A stretch of 64,000 nt of DNA from Candidatus Heimdallarchaeota archaeon (GTDB lineage: Archaea; Asgardarchaeota; Heimdallarchaeia; Hodarchaeales; Hodarchaeaceae), in NCBI GenBank assembly GCA_011364965.1, contig RDOB01000007.1, positions 62,335 to 126,334 on the forward strand, given 5' to 3'. This document shows positions 29,634 to 41,023 of the stretch, one piece after another. Positions within the stretch are counted from its first letter, which is position 1. The number at the start of each line of letters is the position of its first letter. Made by a program: the position numbers and the translations under genes. The notes beneath the pieces were generated by a model, which was not told the origin of the DNA, made no database searches, and was given only the letters and a program-made list of their open reading frames with translations.

Positions 29634-30542
29634 ATGGATCAAATCGGTGTGATGAGCAGAAATCGTGAGTATTTTCCTACAGCTCAACTTTTAACTGAAC
29701 TAAGCAGGCGTAAAGATCTCTCTGGTATTTTTTTAGCTACACAGGTGATCTCTCCACTCATTACCAGTGATTTAGTTGATACTTTGTTTGCTGGACAATC
29801 ATTACAAACTATTGCTGGAATTATTCCTCGAATAGGGCGGTCTCAGACTGATTTGGGAATGGTGTGTCTAAAACACTTTGAACTCATGGGACTTCCTACA
29901 ACGCTTTCATCAAATGCGTTATTTCTAGCTCGCGATAAATTCCGCTGTTTTCAGTCACTAAAAAGCATTCCAGGAATTCAATTACCCCGAACGTTACTAA
30001 TCAATCATACATACGCATTTAAACGAGTCATTAATTCCTTCAAGTTTCCAATCGTTATCAAAATACCCAATGCCACTAGAGGAGCAGGAACGATATTAGC
30101 TCACAATTCCCGTGTTGCTCAAGAGATCATTGATGCCCTATTCCTCAGGTTTGAATCTCCTGTAATTGTTCAAGAGTTTATAAGATCAGGAAGAGGAGTT
30201 AATAAACAAGAGGCGATGGATGTCCGAGTTCTGATAATAGGAGATAATATACTTGGTGCGATGGCTCGTACTGCACAAAAAGGTGAATGGCGCACTAATT
30301 ACGCATTAGGCGCGGTGTGTACACCATATACACTTAATGCTGAGGATGAAGAGTTGATTAGAAAGATTATCGACACGATTGAAGTGGAAGTAGCAGGAAT
30401 TGATATATTTCCGACAAATGAAGGATCTTATATATTAGAAGTAAATGCCTGTCCAGGGTGGAAAGCATTTGAATTCGCGCATCCAAATATACAGGTAGCA
30501 AAGCATATTGTCGATTATCTTTTGAAAAAAATACGGTCTTAA
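29634..30542 (+). CDS. RimK/LysX-family ATP-grasp ligase
   Basis: ARDKF, QEFI, DVRV, WRTNYALG, AGID, LEVNACPG. Confidence 0.88.
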   Translation: MDQIGVMSRNREYFPTAQLLTELSRRKDLSGIFLATQVISPLITSDLVDTLFAGQSLQTIAGIIPRIGRSQTDLGMVCLKHFELMGLPTTLSSNALFLARDKFRCFQSLKSIPGIQLPRTLLINHTYAFKRVINSFKFPIVIKIPNATRGAGTILAHNSRVAQEIIDALFLRFESPVIVQEFIRSGRGVNKQEAMDVRVLIIGDNILGAMARTAQKGEWRTNYALGAVCTPYTLNAEDEELIRKIIDTIEVEVAGIDIFPTNEGSYILEVNACPGWKAFEFAHPNIQVAKHIVDYLLKKIRS

Positions 30543-30655
30543 GCTGTTTAGATTTGAAAAAATAGCTAAATCTTTAAAAGCGCCAAGTTTCAATTCTTGA
30601 TTAAAGTGCCAAAACCCCGCGTTCCTCCGTATTAACAAAATACTATGGGATTTAT

Positions 30656-31612
30656 ATGACCAACAAAGCGGATTATTCCTCGTTAAAGGCGTCTGAGGAT
30701 ATTAAAGAGCGATTGCAAGAAGAATTTCCTACATTGATTTCCCTTGCTGCCAGTCCCCCAGACGAAATTGTACGTCGTTGCGAAATTAATAGAAGTACTG
30801 CAGAACGATTGGTAAACCAAGCCCGGAAATTACTAGGAAAAGCTGAACCAATCACCGCTGCTGAGCTTTTAGAACAGAGACTAGCTAAACCCCGAATCAC
30901 GACCTCTTCCCAACAACTCGATGAAATACTCGGAGGAGGAGTTGCCGTTGGGGCAATAACTGAGTTTAGCGGAGCATTTTCTACTGGGAAAACTCAACTG
31001 GCGTTTCAATTATGTATCAACGTTCAGAGATCATTCGATGAAGGAGGACTTGAGGGAACGGCTCTATTCATTGATACTGAAAATACCTTTTCACCAGCTC
31101 GAGTGGCTGAAATGAGTTATTCTTTCACATCAGAACCGAAAGAAATTTTGAAAAAAATATTTGTTAGCCGAGCATATAATGCTGATCATCAAGTACAGAT
31201 TGTACAAAAATCAGATAAACTCATTCGGTCAAATGATGTGAAGTTAATAGTTGTGGATTCGATGGCTTCTCATTTCAGAGCAGAATTTCCCGGAAAAGAT
31301 AACTTACCTCGAAGACAACAAATGCTCATGGCCCATGCTGAGGTATTGCAAAGATTGGCCGAAGCATATGATCTCGCTGTAATGACAACCAACCAGATCT
31401 TAAGTAATCCAGATAGCTTATTGTCGAATAATATTGAACCAGCGCTAGGATTTGCATGGGGACATCGTCCAACTCACCGAATCTTGTTACGGAAATCACG
31501 AGGTACGACACGAATCGCGCGAATCTTTGATTCTCCTGAACTAGCAGAACGAGAAGCAGTTTTTCATATTACAGCACAGGGGATTCGAGATGGCCCTCCC
31601 TTGGATTATTAA
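30656..31612 (+). CDS. radA: RadA/Rad51-family recombinase (RadA or a close paralog)
   Basis: N-terminal HhH-like domain, GAFSTGKT, FIDTENTF, VVDS, RIFDSPEL. Confidence 0.8.
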   Translation: MTNKADYSSLKASEDIKERLQEEFPTLISLAASPPDEIVRRCEINRSTAERLVNQARKLLGKAEPITAAELLEQRLAKPRITTSSQQLDEILGGGVAVGAITEFSGAFSTGKTQLAFQLCINVQRSFDEGGLEGTALFIDTENTFSPARVAEMSYSFTSEPKEILKKIFVSRAYNADHQVQIVQKSDKLIRSNDVKLIVVDSMASHFRAEFPGKDNLPRRQQMLMAHAEVLQRLAEAYDLAVMTTNQILSNPDSLLSNNIEPALGFAWGHRPTHRILLRKSRGTTRIARIFDSPELAEREAVFHITAQGIRDGPPLDY

Positions 31613-31749
31613 AAATCCCTCTATCAAGTAAAAATTAGTTTTCATGATCATTTTTTCCAAATAAATTGGAATTGTTCCGAAGAAGCAAAGGGAGAGATTG
31701 TGCGTGTAAAGGTAGTCAATAAATCACATTGTCGAAAAGGGTCATATGA

Positions 31750-32526
31750 ATGACAATGATGCAATCAGACAATGGTGGTATGTTTACATACATTCATAAG
31801 AAAGCAGATGTGACAATAACAGAACCTGCAGTGATTATACAAGGCCTTCCTGGAATGGGCCTCATTGGGAAGATTGCAGTCAATTTTCTAATCAAAGAAT
31901 TTAAAGCTATAGAAGTAGCGCGTGTATATAGCTCTTTCTTTCCTCCCGTAGTTCAAATAGATAGTAAAACAGGAGTAGGACGTTTATCTAGAATGGAAAT
32001 CTATATCATCACCGCAACCTCTCCTAATATTATTTTACTTACAGGAGATGCCCAACCACACGATATTGGAATAATTCAAGTCTTAAATAATGTCCTAGAT
32101 TTCCTCATGCAATACAAAGCAGATACTTTGATTTGTTTAGGGGGACTACGAGCACACGATGATGGACCAGAAATAGCTGGATTTGGATATAATGAAGAAA
32201 CTACAAACTGGCTTCAAGAACACGAAATTGAACTGCTAAAAGGTGGGGAAGTAACTGGAGCAGTGGGAGTTCTTTCCGCATTAGGTGCAGAACGAAATAT
32301 GCGAAGCTTTGGATTATTAGGTAAGTTAACTTTGGCAGGAGCAGATCCCATCGCAAGTAAAAACATCTTAAAGAAACTTGGGGAATTATACAATCTCAAT
32401 TTTGACTTAAAAGATTTGGAAAGCAGTATTAAAGAAGCTCAAGAGAAAAATGAGCGACTAGCAAGTTTAGCACAAGACTTCCTAGAACCTGAAGATTCTG
32501 GTGAGGATCCAGGGTACTATATCTAA
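31750..32526 (+). CDS. PAC2-family proteasome assembly chaperone
   Basis: GLPGMGLIGKIA, GDAQP, ADPIAS; C-terminal YYI HbYX-like tail. Confidence 0.85.
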   Translation: MTMMQSDNGGMFTYIHKKADVTITEPAVIIQGLPGMGLIGKIAVNFLIKEFKAIEVARVYSSFFPPVVQIDSKTGVGRLSRMEIYIITATSPNIILLTGDAQPHDIGIIQVLNNVLDFLMQYKADTLICLGGLRAHDDGPEIAGFGYNEETTNWLQEHEIELLKGGEVTGAVGVLSALGAERNMRSFGLLGKLTLAGADPIASKNILKKLGELYNLNFDLKDLESSIKEAQEKNERLASLAQDFLEPEDSGEDPGYYI

Positions 32527-32740
32527 TCTGAAACATCCAATACATGTTCTGATCATTTTTTTAAATTGAAATTGACTTCTGAGAACAGAGGAGAGATATT
32601 TCCAACCAATAAATATCTAATTTCTAGTTAAAAAATCTCTCACTATCAAATAATGGGTAAAAATTTAAAAAAATTCTAAAAAATTATAAGGGGATGTAGG
32701 TAAGTCACATGAGATCCAGATTCGCTAGTGTTAGCCCTAG

Positions 32741-34354
32741 GTGGTTAAGATCCCTCATAAATATATTATTATAACAGGAGGAGTAATGTCAGGATTAGGA
32801 AAAGGATTATTAGCTGCCTCTCTCACAAAATTGCTTTCTTCATCCAGTTTTTTGATTCTTCCAATCAAATTTGATGGTTACTTGAACATTGATGCTGGAA
32901 CTATAAATCCATACAAACATGGGGAGGTATTTGTACTTGATGATGGAACCGAAACAGATATGGATTTAGGGGAGTACGAACGCTTTTTAGATCAATCATT
33001 GGACTCCTGGTCTTCTCTGACTGGAGGAAAAATTTTTCAACGGGTTATTGAAAAAGAGAGGAAAGGAGATTATTTAGGACAAGATATCCAGTTTATCCCT
33101 CACGTTACAAATGAGATTATTAATTGGATACGTGAGAAAGATAATAATTGCGATATAACTCTAGTCGAAATCGGCGGGACAGTTGGAGATATTGAAAATG
33201 CCTATTTTATAGAAGCTATGCGTCAGCTTCATCTTAAAGTAAATCGATCCGATCTTTGTTGGATCCATGTTACTCTGGTACCTGTATTAAATGTAGTAGG
33301 AGAACAGAAAACAAAACCCACACAAGCAAGCGTAAAAACACTGCAGGGGATGGGAATTCAGCCACATATCTTGTTATGTCGATCAGAAAAACCATTGAAA
33401 CCAGAAGTACGCGAAAAAATTGGAATGTTTTGCAATATTTCAGTCGATAATGTAATTTCTGGTCATGATGTCAGAAATAAATACGAATTTCCATTGTTAT
33501 TAATAAAAGAACATCTACTACCTCCATTATTTTCACAATTGGGCTTAAAACCAAGATTTGACCAGAAACTAGCATTATGGAAAAAACTAGTCCATAACAT
33601 TGAAAATCCTTCAACTTTAGTCAGAATCGGAATCGGAGGAAAATATACTCGATTAAGCGACGCTTATATATCTATAACTACTGCATTGACACATGCTGGA
33701 GCTAATTTAGGAATCCTCGTGGAACCGGTATTTATTGATACTGATATCAATGATAATCTCGTGAAAGCTCATTTAACAAAATTAGATGGTTTAATAATCC
33801 CTGGAGGATTTGGATCTCGTGGAATAGAGGGTAAAATTAATCTTGTGAAAGAAGCACGGATGAATCAGAAACCTTTTCTTGGTATTTGTTTAGGTTTACA
33901 GTGCGCAATTATCGAATATGCTCGAAATGTGTGTAATTTAAATGCGAATTCAACAGAGTTTGATTTAAATACTCCGCATCCAGTTATAGATCTACTCCCT
34001 TCTCAGAAATCTGTATATCGAAAAGGTGGAACAATGCGTTTAGGTTCTTATACTATAAAAATAATAGAAGGAACTCTAGCACAGAAAATATACCAACAAT
34101 CCCTCATTGAAGAACGTTTTCGACATAGATATGAAATTAATCCAAAATATGTCTCTTTACTTAAATCAAAAGGATTTAATTTCTCTGGTCTTTCATTAAA
34201 TGACGAAATTATACATATTGGTGAGCTTCCTGAGCATCCATTCTTTTTAGGCACTCAATTTCATCCAGAATTCAAATCACGTTTTGAAAATCCCTCAAAA
34301 GTATTTGTTGAGTTTATTAAGGCATGTTTACTAGAAAGAGGAGAACTAAAGTGA
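32741..34354 (+). CDS. pyrG: CTP synthase
   Basis: [27 protein letters not shown]. Confidence 0.97.
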   Translation: MVKIPHKYIIITGGVMSGLGKGLLAASLTKLLSSSSFLILPIKFDGYLNIDAGTINPYKHGEVFVLDDGTETDMDLGEYERFLDQSLDSWSSLTGGKIFQRVIEKERKGDYLGQDIQFIPHVTNEIINWIREKDNNCDITLVEIGGTVGDIENAYFIEAMRQLHLKVNRSDLCWIHVTLVPVLNVVGEQKTKPTQASVKTLQGMGIQPHILLCRSEKPLKPEVREKIGMFCNISVDNVISGHDVRNKYEFPLLLIKEHLLPPLFSQLGLKPRFDQKLALWKKLVHNIENPSTLVRIGIGGKYTRLSDAYISITTALTHAGANLGILVEPVFIDTDINDNLVKAHLTKLDGLIIPGGFGSRGIEGKINLVKEARMNQKPFLGICLGLQCAIIEYARNVCNLNANSTEFDLNTPHPVIDLLPSQKSVYRKGGTMRLGSYTIKIIEGTLAQKIYQQSLIEERFRHRYEINPKYVSLLKSKGFNFSGLSLNDEIIHIGELPEHPFFLGTQFHPEFKSRFENPSKVFVEFIKACLLERGELK

Positions 34355-35310
34355 ATGATTCAAACCTAGATAAGCGACATATCATTAGGATAAGAGATAT
34401 GTCAGAGGAGTTTATCCAGACTATTATAGATGAGACTTATCAAATAAAAAACCATCCAAATGATTTTAATGACGTGTTAAAAGGAAAGATTTTAGCTCTT
34501 GCATTCTGGGAGCCAAGTACTCGGACACGATTATCTTTTGAAAGTGCAATGCTTAGACTTGGGGGACAAACCATGGGTTTCAGTAGTCAATCTGGAACCT
34601 CTATTGAAAAGGGAGAATCCCTATCTGACACAATTACTATGTTAGCAAGTTATGCTCATTGTATCGTCCTTAGGCATCCCAAACGCGGATCTGGTGTTCT
34701 TGCTGCAAAAGTTGCGGATAAATATGGAGTTCCAGTTATTTCCGGAGGTTCAGGAAGTCAAGAACATCCAACTCAAGCATTATTAGATATTTTTACAATC
34801 CATGAGTATCATAAACGACTCAGTGGTTTGAAATTGGGAATTATGGGTGATCTACGTTATAGTCGCACTATCTCTTCTCTTCTCTATGGACTCAGTAAAT
34901 TTGGCAAGAATGAGATTTATTCGATTTCTCACCCTTCATTGGGTCTTCAAGAGGAGTTATTGTTTGATTTGAGTGAAACCCAACTTGAAATAACAACTTC
35001 AGCGTCATTAACAGATGTCATTGCAGATTTAGATGTTCTGTATGTAACTCGGCTTCAAAAAGAGCGTTTTCCTGATCCAATGTTATATAATAAGGTTAAA
35101 GGGGCATATCAGGTTCAACTGGAGATGATTAGATTAGCAAAGGATGATTTAATTATCATGCATCCTTTACCGCGGGTAGATGAAATTCCTTATGGAGTAG
35201 ATCGATTACCACAAGCCAAATATTTTGAACAAGCTAAAAATGGTGTGTACACTCGAATGGCACTATTAAAAAGGATAATTACTGACTCAAAACAAAAAGC
35301 AAGAGGCTAA
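34324..35310 (+). CDS. pyrB: Aspartate carbamoyltransferase catalytic subunit (likely GTG start at 34351)
   Basis: EPSTRTRLSF, HPTQ, HPLPR. Confidence 0.97.
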   Translation: MFTRKRRTKVNDSNLDKRHIIRIRDMSEEFIQTIIDETYQIKNHPNDFNDVLKGKILALAFWEPSTRTRLSFESAMLRLGGQTMGFSSQSGTSIEKGESLSDTITMLASYAHCIVLRHPKRGSGVLAAKVADKYGVPVISGGSGSQEHPTQALLDIFTIHEYHKRLSGLKLGIMGDLRYSRTISSLLYGLSKFGKNEIYSISHPSLGLQEELLFDLSETQLEITTSASLTDVIADLDVLYVTRLQKERFPDPMLYNKVKGAYQVQLEMIRLAKDDLIIMHPLPRVDEIPYGVDRLPQAKYFEQAKNGVYTRMALLKRIITDSKQKARG

Positions 35311-35820
35311 ATGCTTATGGAAGAATTAAAAACCAATGAAAAACAACTTATCGTTAAAAAAATAGATAATGGTATTGTTATTGATCATATTCGACCTCCT
35401 GGCCGCGCTTTTCACCTTCTGAAGGCATTGAATATAGATGAAAATTATCCACACTCTGTCTTTGTAGCTATCAATGTTCCTTCAAAGAAATACGGGAGGA
35501 AAGATGTCCTAAAAATTAGAAATGTATCAGAAGATCTATTACATCAATCACTAGATGTACTTGGCTTATTAATAGCAGGAAGCAACATTGTTTATATCGA
35601 GAATTATGAAGTTGTGAAGAAAGAAAAAATCAAAGCGCCTGAAAGAGCTATTGGATTAATGAGTTGCCCTGGGATCAGCTGTATTACTAATTTAAGAGAA
35701 GATGTAGAGACTGACTTCATAATTCTTCCCATTCAAGAAAGTCTAGAAGGATTGAAGCTACGATGTACATATTGTGATAAAATTTTCAATGTCCAAGAGC
35801 ATATATCTTTACTCCTCTGA
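35311..35820 (+). CDS. pyrI: Aspartate carbamoyltransferase regulatory subunit
   Basis: IDNGIVIDHI, CPGISCITN, RCTYC. Confidence 0.93.
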   Translation: MLMEELKTNEKQLIVKKIDNGIVIDHIRPPGRAFHLLKALNIDENYPHSVFVAINVPSKKYGRKDVLKIRNVSEDLLHQSLDVLGLLIAGSNIVYIENYEVVKKEKIKAPERAIGLMSCPGISCITNLREDVETDFIILPIQESLEGLKLRCTYCDKIFNVQEHISLLL

Positions 35821-35833
35821 CTGAGAAAGAACA

Positions 35834-36778
35834 ATGAGCTCACTTAAAATAGCCATTGGAAGCATCTTGCTAAGAAATCCGTTGATTCTCACAGCTGGAA
35901 TTCTTGGAACAACTTTTTCAAGTTTAAATCGGTGTTATGCTGCTGGATTTGGCGCGGTTACAACTAAATCTATAGGAATAGAACCAAGAGAGGGATATGC
36001 AAATCCATCAGTCATTTATATACCTGAGATTGATTCAATTATCAATGCAGTAGGATTAGCTAATCCCGGATATATTACTTACGGGCAGGAATTGAAAAAA
36101 ATTGATTCTGAAGTGAAGTACATAATGTCAATTTTCGGATCAACCCCTGATGAATTTCAATTAATCATTAAATATATTCAATCACGAAATTTAGTCAATC
36201 CACCTAAAGCATTTGAACTTAATCTAAGCTGTCCTCATGCAACCAAAGGAGGTATCTCTGTTGGAACAGATCCTGAAATTGTATATGAAATTGTCAAAGG
36301 AGCAACATCAGTAAGTAGAATACCAATATGGATTAAATTAACACCCAATATAACCGATATAAAATCAATCGCAGACGCAGGGGTTAGGGGTGGAGCAACT
36401 GGCATTGTAGCAATTAATACAGTAAAAGCAATGTTAATCGATATTACAACAAAAAAGCCGATCTTGGCTAATATTCGTGGTGGATTGTCTGGACGAGCAA
36501 TTAAACCAATAGGAATTCACGCAATTTATGATTTATATGAATATCTAGGAGCTAAAACACCTCTTATTGGAACTGGAGGAATATGGAACTGGCAAGACAT
36601 CATTGAATATATTCTTGCAGGTGCAACAGCTGTAGGAATGGGTTCCTTGCTTTTTAACTATAATAATTTAGAGTTGAGTGTAAATAAGCTCATTACGGGG
36701 ATAAAGAAATATCTCGAGACTCAAGACATGTCCATTTCAGAAATTAGGGGGCTTGCGCATGAACACGCACAAATTTGA
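35834..36778 (+). CDS. pyrD: Dihydroorotate dehydrogenase family 1B catalytic subunit
   Basis: TTKS, NAVGLANPG, ELNLSCPH, KLTPN, GGLSG. Confidence 0.95.
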   Translation: MSSLKIAIGSILLRNPLILTAGILGTTFSSLNRCYAAGFGAVTTKSIGIEPREGYANPSVIYIPEIDSIINAVGLANPGYITYGQELKKIDSEVKYIMSIFGSTPDEFQLIIKYIQSRNLVNPPKAFELNLSCPHATKGGISVGTDPEIVYEIVKGATSVSRIPIWIKLTPNITDIKSIADAGVRGGATGIVAINTVKAMLIDITTKKPILANIRGGLSGRAIKPIGIHAIYDLYEYLGAKTPLIGTGGIWNWQDIIEYILAGATAVGMGSLLFNYNNLELSVNKLITGIKKYLETQDMSISEIRGLAHEHAQI

Positions 36779-37604
36779 TCTACCTCTTGTATTACCCGTT
36801 GCTTTTCTAAAATTTGAGACTAAAACTCAAGCAACAATTACTCTTGAAGTGGTAATCCCAAAGCAGTACTCTCTTTCTATTCAACCTGGGCAATATTTTA
36901 TGCTCTGGTTACCCCAGATAGACGAAATTCCAATTTCAGTAAGCAATTTTGAGAAGAATCGACTTGCATTCACAATCTGTTCCAAAGGATACACCTCAAA
37001 ACAAATGATGACTATGCAAAAGGGTGATTTATTAGGATTACGAGGACCTTTTGGGAAGGGATTTGAAATCCATCCCGAAAATGTAGCTATTATCGTCGCA
37101 GGAGGAATGGGGATCACACCACTTCGGTACTTGATCTATAATTTATTGAAGATAAAAACTAAGCAAATCATTTTGCTGCAAGGGGCAAAAACTGCATCTG
37201 AATTATATTTTCAGGAAGAATTAAAATATCTCGATATTAAGACGTTTTTCTATACTGATGATGGATCCTATGGACAGAAAGGATTTCCTACACAGAAGTT
37301 GCTAGCTCTATTAAATAACACTCAAAATCACAACGAACTAGCACTATATGGTTGCGGCCCAGAAATCATGCTGAAACAGATCCTAGAAATCGCTAAAACT
37401 AATCATATACAGCATCAAGTCCAACTAAGTTTGGCGGATAGATATATCAGATGTGGATATGGAATCTGTGGATCTTGTTATCTGGACGATATTGGTTTGA
37501 GTGTATGTCATGATGGGCCAGTATTTCGTGGTGATATCCTTGAACAAATTAAAGATTTTGGGAACTTTGGCCGAAAAGCTGATGGATCAAAATATAAACT
37601 TTAG
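36753..37604 (+). CDS. pyrK: Dihydroorotate dehydrogenase electron transfer subunit
   Basis: RGPFGKGF, GGMGITP, CGP, CGYGICGSC 2Fe-2S motif. Confidence 0.93.
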   Translation: MRMNTHKFDLPLVLPVAFLKFETKTQATITLEVVIPKQYSLSIQPGQYFMLWLPQIDEIPISVSNFEKNRLAFTICSKGYTSKQMMTMQKGDLLGLRGPFGKGFEIHPENVAIIVAGGMGITPLRYLIYNLLKIKTKQIILLQGAKTASELYFQEELKYLDIKTFFYTDDGSYGQKGFPTQKLLALLNNTQNHNELALYGCGPEIMLKQILEIAKTNHIQHQVQLSLADRYIRCGYGICGSCYLDDIGLSVCHDGPVFRGDILEQIKDFGNFGRKADGSKYKL

Positions 37605-37614
37605 GAGATAAGAA

Positions 37615-38391
37615 ATGGACTTTCTTGGACAATTGAATTACAGTAAAAAACAAACAAACAGTCAAATTTGCGTTGGACTAGATCTTGCGGAGTATGGGAC
37701 AAGATCTCATAATACACTAAAAGAAGGAGAAAAGAAATCAGAAAAACTTATTGATTTGGTTGATAAACTAGCTCCATACTGTATTGCGTTTAAAATTAAT
37801 CGCCAATATATTTTAGATATCAGTATGAAAGAAATTCAGGGTATAACAAAACAAATTCATCAACTTGGAAGGCCAGTGATTATTGATCATAAGATCTCAG
37901 ATATTGGGTCTACAAATCAACAAGCTATATTTTATTTCCAACGAGAAGGATTTGACGCATTTACTGCTAGTCCATTTCCTGGAAACGTCAAAGAAATCTG
38001 CGAAACAGGACATAAATACGGATTAGCCTCAATAATATTAGTACTTATGTCCAATCCAGAAGCAATATGGATGAAAACCACTCAAACTGCTGAGGGGCTA
38101 CTGATGTACCAATTCCTTAGTCAAGAAGCAAAAAGGTATGCAGACGGGCTGGTTGTAGGTTCAACGAACTACATTGAAGAGGATGATTTACGATATATTG
38201 CAGATACCAATAAGGGTCAAATAATTTTAACTCCTGGAATCGGCGCTCAGGGAGGAAAATTAAAGCAAGTCTTAACACTTTTCCAAGATAAAGTGATTTT
38301 CAATGTTGGACGAGCTATCATTTATAACGATGATCCTGTAACCTGTTTACAGCAATATAATGATCAAGTGAATTGCCTCATTGGGAAATAA
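37615..38391 (+). CDS. pyrF: Orotidine 5'-phosphate decarboxylase
   Basis: CVGLD, DHKISDIG, TPGIGAQGG, VGRAI. Confidence 0.93.
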   Translation: MDFLGQLNYSKKQTNSQICVGLDLAEYGTRSHNTLKEGEKKSEKLIDLVDKLAPYCIAFKINRQYILDISMKEIQGITKQIHQLGRPVIIDHKISDIGSTNQQAIFYFQREGFDAFTASPFPGNVKEICETGHKYGLASIILVLMSNPEAIWMKTTQTAEGLLMYQFLSQEAKRYADGLVVGSTNYIEEDDLRYIADTNKGQIILTPGIGAQGGKLKQVLTLFQDKVIFNVGRAIIYNDDPVTCLQQYNDQVNCLIGK

Positions 38392-39631
38392 ATTGAGACT
38401 TGTAAATGGGAGAATCTGGGTAAAACGAAAATTAATAGAAGGAGACATTGTTATTGACGAAGATCAGGGTATTATTACGTATCTAGGAAAAGATTCCCAT
38501 CATATTACCTACGAAGCTCCTTATGATCTTAAAGGCAAAATTGTTGTCCCTAGTTTGATTGATATTCATTGCCATTTAAGAGACTTTCAAGAGAGTCACA
38601 AAGAGACATTTGAAAGCGGAGCGAATGCAGCAGCCGCAGGAGGATACACTCATCTATTCGATATGCCAAATAAGTTCCCTCCAGTGAATTCAAAGATAAT
38701 GGTTGAAAAAATCTCTGATAAAATAAAGAAAATCTCTTCATGTATTATTACTCCATATATTCTACTGAATTCTAAAACTGAACGACCCTTAATTTATGAA
38801 TATCCCTACATTAAAGCATATATGGGATATACAACAGGAAATTGCCTTACAACGCAAGAAGAGTTAAAAGAATTTCTTTTGAAATCAAGCACATTTCTTT
38901 CTATTCATTGTGAAGATAATGAAACTATAGCGAATAACAAAAAAAGATTTAAAGATTCCTTGGAAAACCATTGCGAAATTAGAGGTTCAGAAACCGAGCT
39001 GAGATCACTAGAAAAGGTCAAGTGGCTTCTTAATGATTTAAACCTCCAAAAACACCCACATATAGCCCACGTGACTTTAGAAAAATCAATAAAACTCATA
39101 TCTAAGCTAAATTTAACATTTGAGGTCACACCACATCATTTATTATTAAATACAGACGATTATAAAAAATTGGGAATATGGGGGAAGATGAATCCTCCAT
39201 TACGTCCAAAGGAAGATCAATTGAAGCTTTTAAAACTCTTTTTGGAAGGTTTTATTCCAGTAATCGCAACAGATCACGCACCTCATACGATGGTAGAAAA
39301 GGAGGTACAACAGCTTAGTGGGGTACCAGGATTGGAAACTTCATTATCAACAATACTAAACACACTTCAACCACTCACCCCCGAGAAAATTAATCTGATT
39401 GTAGAAGCATTTTCATTGAATCCCCGCAAATTAATGAATATCAATAGTACTAGTAAACTACAACAAGGTGAGGTAGCAGATTTAACTATAATTGATCCTA
39501 ACCTGAAAACCAATGTAAAAGGAGAATTATTACATACTAAATGCAAGTGGAGTCCCTGGGAAGGCCAAGAATTACAGGGTTGGCCAGTTATGACAATTCA
39601 TAATGGAATAATAACTCATTCAATTATCTGA
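38381..39631 (+). CDS. pyrC: Dihydroorotase
   Basis: DIHCHLR, DMPN, EVTPHHL, NPPLR, ATDHAPH. Confidence 0.93.
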   Translation: MGNKLRLVNGRIWVKRKLIEGDIVIDEDQGIITYLGKDSHHITYEAPYDLKGKIVVPSLIDIHCHLRDFQESHKETFESGANAAAAGGYTHLFDMPNKFPPVNSKIMVEKISDKIKKISSCIITPYILLNSKTERPLIYEYPYIKAYMGYTTGNCLTTQEELKEFLLKSSTFLSIHCEDNETIANNKKRFKDSLENHCEIRGSETELRSLEKVKWLLNDLNLQKHPHIAHVTLEKSIKLISKLNLTFEVTPHHLLLNTDDYKKLGIWGKMNPPLRPKEDQLKLLKLFLEGFIPVIATDHAPHTMVEKEVQQLSGVPGLETSLSTILNTLQPLTPEKINLIVEAFSLNPRKLMNINSTSKLQQGEVADLTIIDPNLKTNVKGELLHTKCKWSPWEGQELQGWPVMTIHNGIITHSII

Positions 39632-39639
39632 CAAAATAG

Positions 39640-40215
39640 ATGAAAAAAATGAAAAAATTACCAATGGAACAAAAGAGACGTTTTGTAAACCTCCTAAAAG
39701 AAGTTGAAATTATAAAATATGGTAATTTTATCTTAAAAGATGGGTCAGAATCAAGTGTGTACATTGATCTGCGTATTCTCCCAAATTTTCCTGCGATTTT
39801 TAAGGAAATTATTAAGATAACAGCTCAATATTTCATACAAACGAGATTAGTAGAGACATTTGATGGAATTATTACCCCTCCCTTAGCAGGAATACCTTTG
39901 GGGGTTGCATTAGCCCAAGAACTGAATAAAGCGTTTTATCTAGCAAGAGAAAAACCAAAAAACCACGGCCAACGAAAATTAATAGAAGGGGAAATCGCCT
40001 CTAAACGTATATTAGTAATAGACGATGTAATTACTTCAGGTAGTAGCAAAATAGGGATTTTTAAGGCGATAAAAGAACATAATGGACAACTTGTAGGATT
40101 ATTTGTATTTATAAATCGGATGACTTCCCCTAAAAGATTGGATGAAATATTAAAAGAGTATGGAATCCAATTCTTCTCTCTTCTATCTCTAAATGATCTA
40201 TTGTTACAGGAATAA
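39640..40215 (+). CDS. pyrE: Orotate phosphoribosyltransferase
   Basis: YIDLR, REKPKNHG, VIDDVITSGSS. Confidence 0.93.
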   Translation: MKKMKKLPMEQKRRFVNLLKEVEIIKYGNFILKDGSESSVYIDLRILPNFPAIFKEIIKITAQYFIQTRLVETFDGIITPPLAGIPLGVALAQELNKAFYLAREKPKNHGQRKLIEGEIASKRILVIDDVITSGSSKIGIFKAIKEHNGQLVGLFVFINRMTSPKRLDEILKEYGIQFFSLLSLNDLLLQE

Positions 40216-40225
40216 ACTTGGTTAT

Positions 40226-40906
40226 TTAATCTAATTTTATTATATTCTTACGATGCACAGTTACGAATATTATTCCAGTACAAATTAAGAAAAATGGACT
40301 AAATGAGATCGAAACAGAATGATGTGATTGAAGATACTGATAAAATATCAAATCTTCAGTTCCACAATATAGAACTTCGAGTTTAACATAACTGCTACTT
40401 ACTTTGGCAGTTGTATACCATTGCAATTTAGCAGTAAATGTGCAATAAGCATGATTTGCAGCTGCAAAACTTTCATACGAATCCTCCCATACTTTCCCCT
40501 CTGTCATGGAAGTTATGGTTTCAAAATTAAAGGAAGAATTGAATGTTGAATTATCACCAATTTGTTGCTTAAAACAATAATAAGAGTTTGAATGAATCAC
40601 ATTATCGATATTATATACATAAGTAGCTAAGAAATGAAAAGTAACATTACTTTGGGCTTGGAATTCCTGAACATCAACAAAAATATACCCTGTTAAATTA
40701 TAAGGAAATAGATCCAAGATGCCGTGCCATTCGGATACTTTCAGCTCAATACCATCATAATCCGCGTTATTTAAGTTAAAAGCAAATAAAAAACTTTTTT
40801 CTATGGGGTTACGAGCTGAAGGGTAATTCTCGCTGTCACATGGTGATAATAGAAGAATTAAAACAAATAAACAACCAATTAATCCTTGAAATGAAACTTG
40901 TTTCAA
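40226..40906 (-). CDS. Exported, C-terminally membrane-anchored hypothetical protein
   Basis: N-terminal hydrophobic signal, beta-rich body, C-terminal TM followed by basic residues. Confidence 0.65.
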   Translation of the reverse strand: MKQVSFQGLIGCLFVLILLLSPCDSENYPSARNPIEKSFLFAFNLNNADYDGIELKVSEWHGILDLFPYNLTGYIFVDVQEFQAQSNVTFHFLATYVYNIDNVIHSNSYYCFKQQIGDNSTFNSSFNFETITSMTEGKVWEDSYESFAAANHAYCTFTAKLQWYTTAKVSSSYVKLEVLYCGTEDLIFYQYLQSHHSVSISFSPFFLICTGIIFVTVHRKNIIKLD

Positions 40907-41023
40907 ACTAATCCATATTATATTAAATATTATAACTTAAAAACCTTAGTAAGTAAGAGTATTCAATGAAAAACTGTACTCCCATAATTAAAAGCTAGAA
41001 AAAAATTAGTTTCTATACTTATG

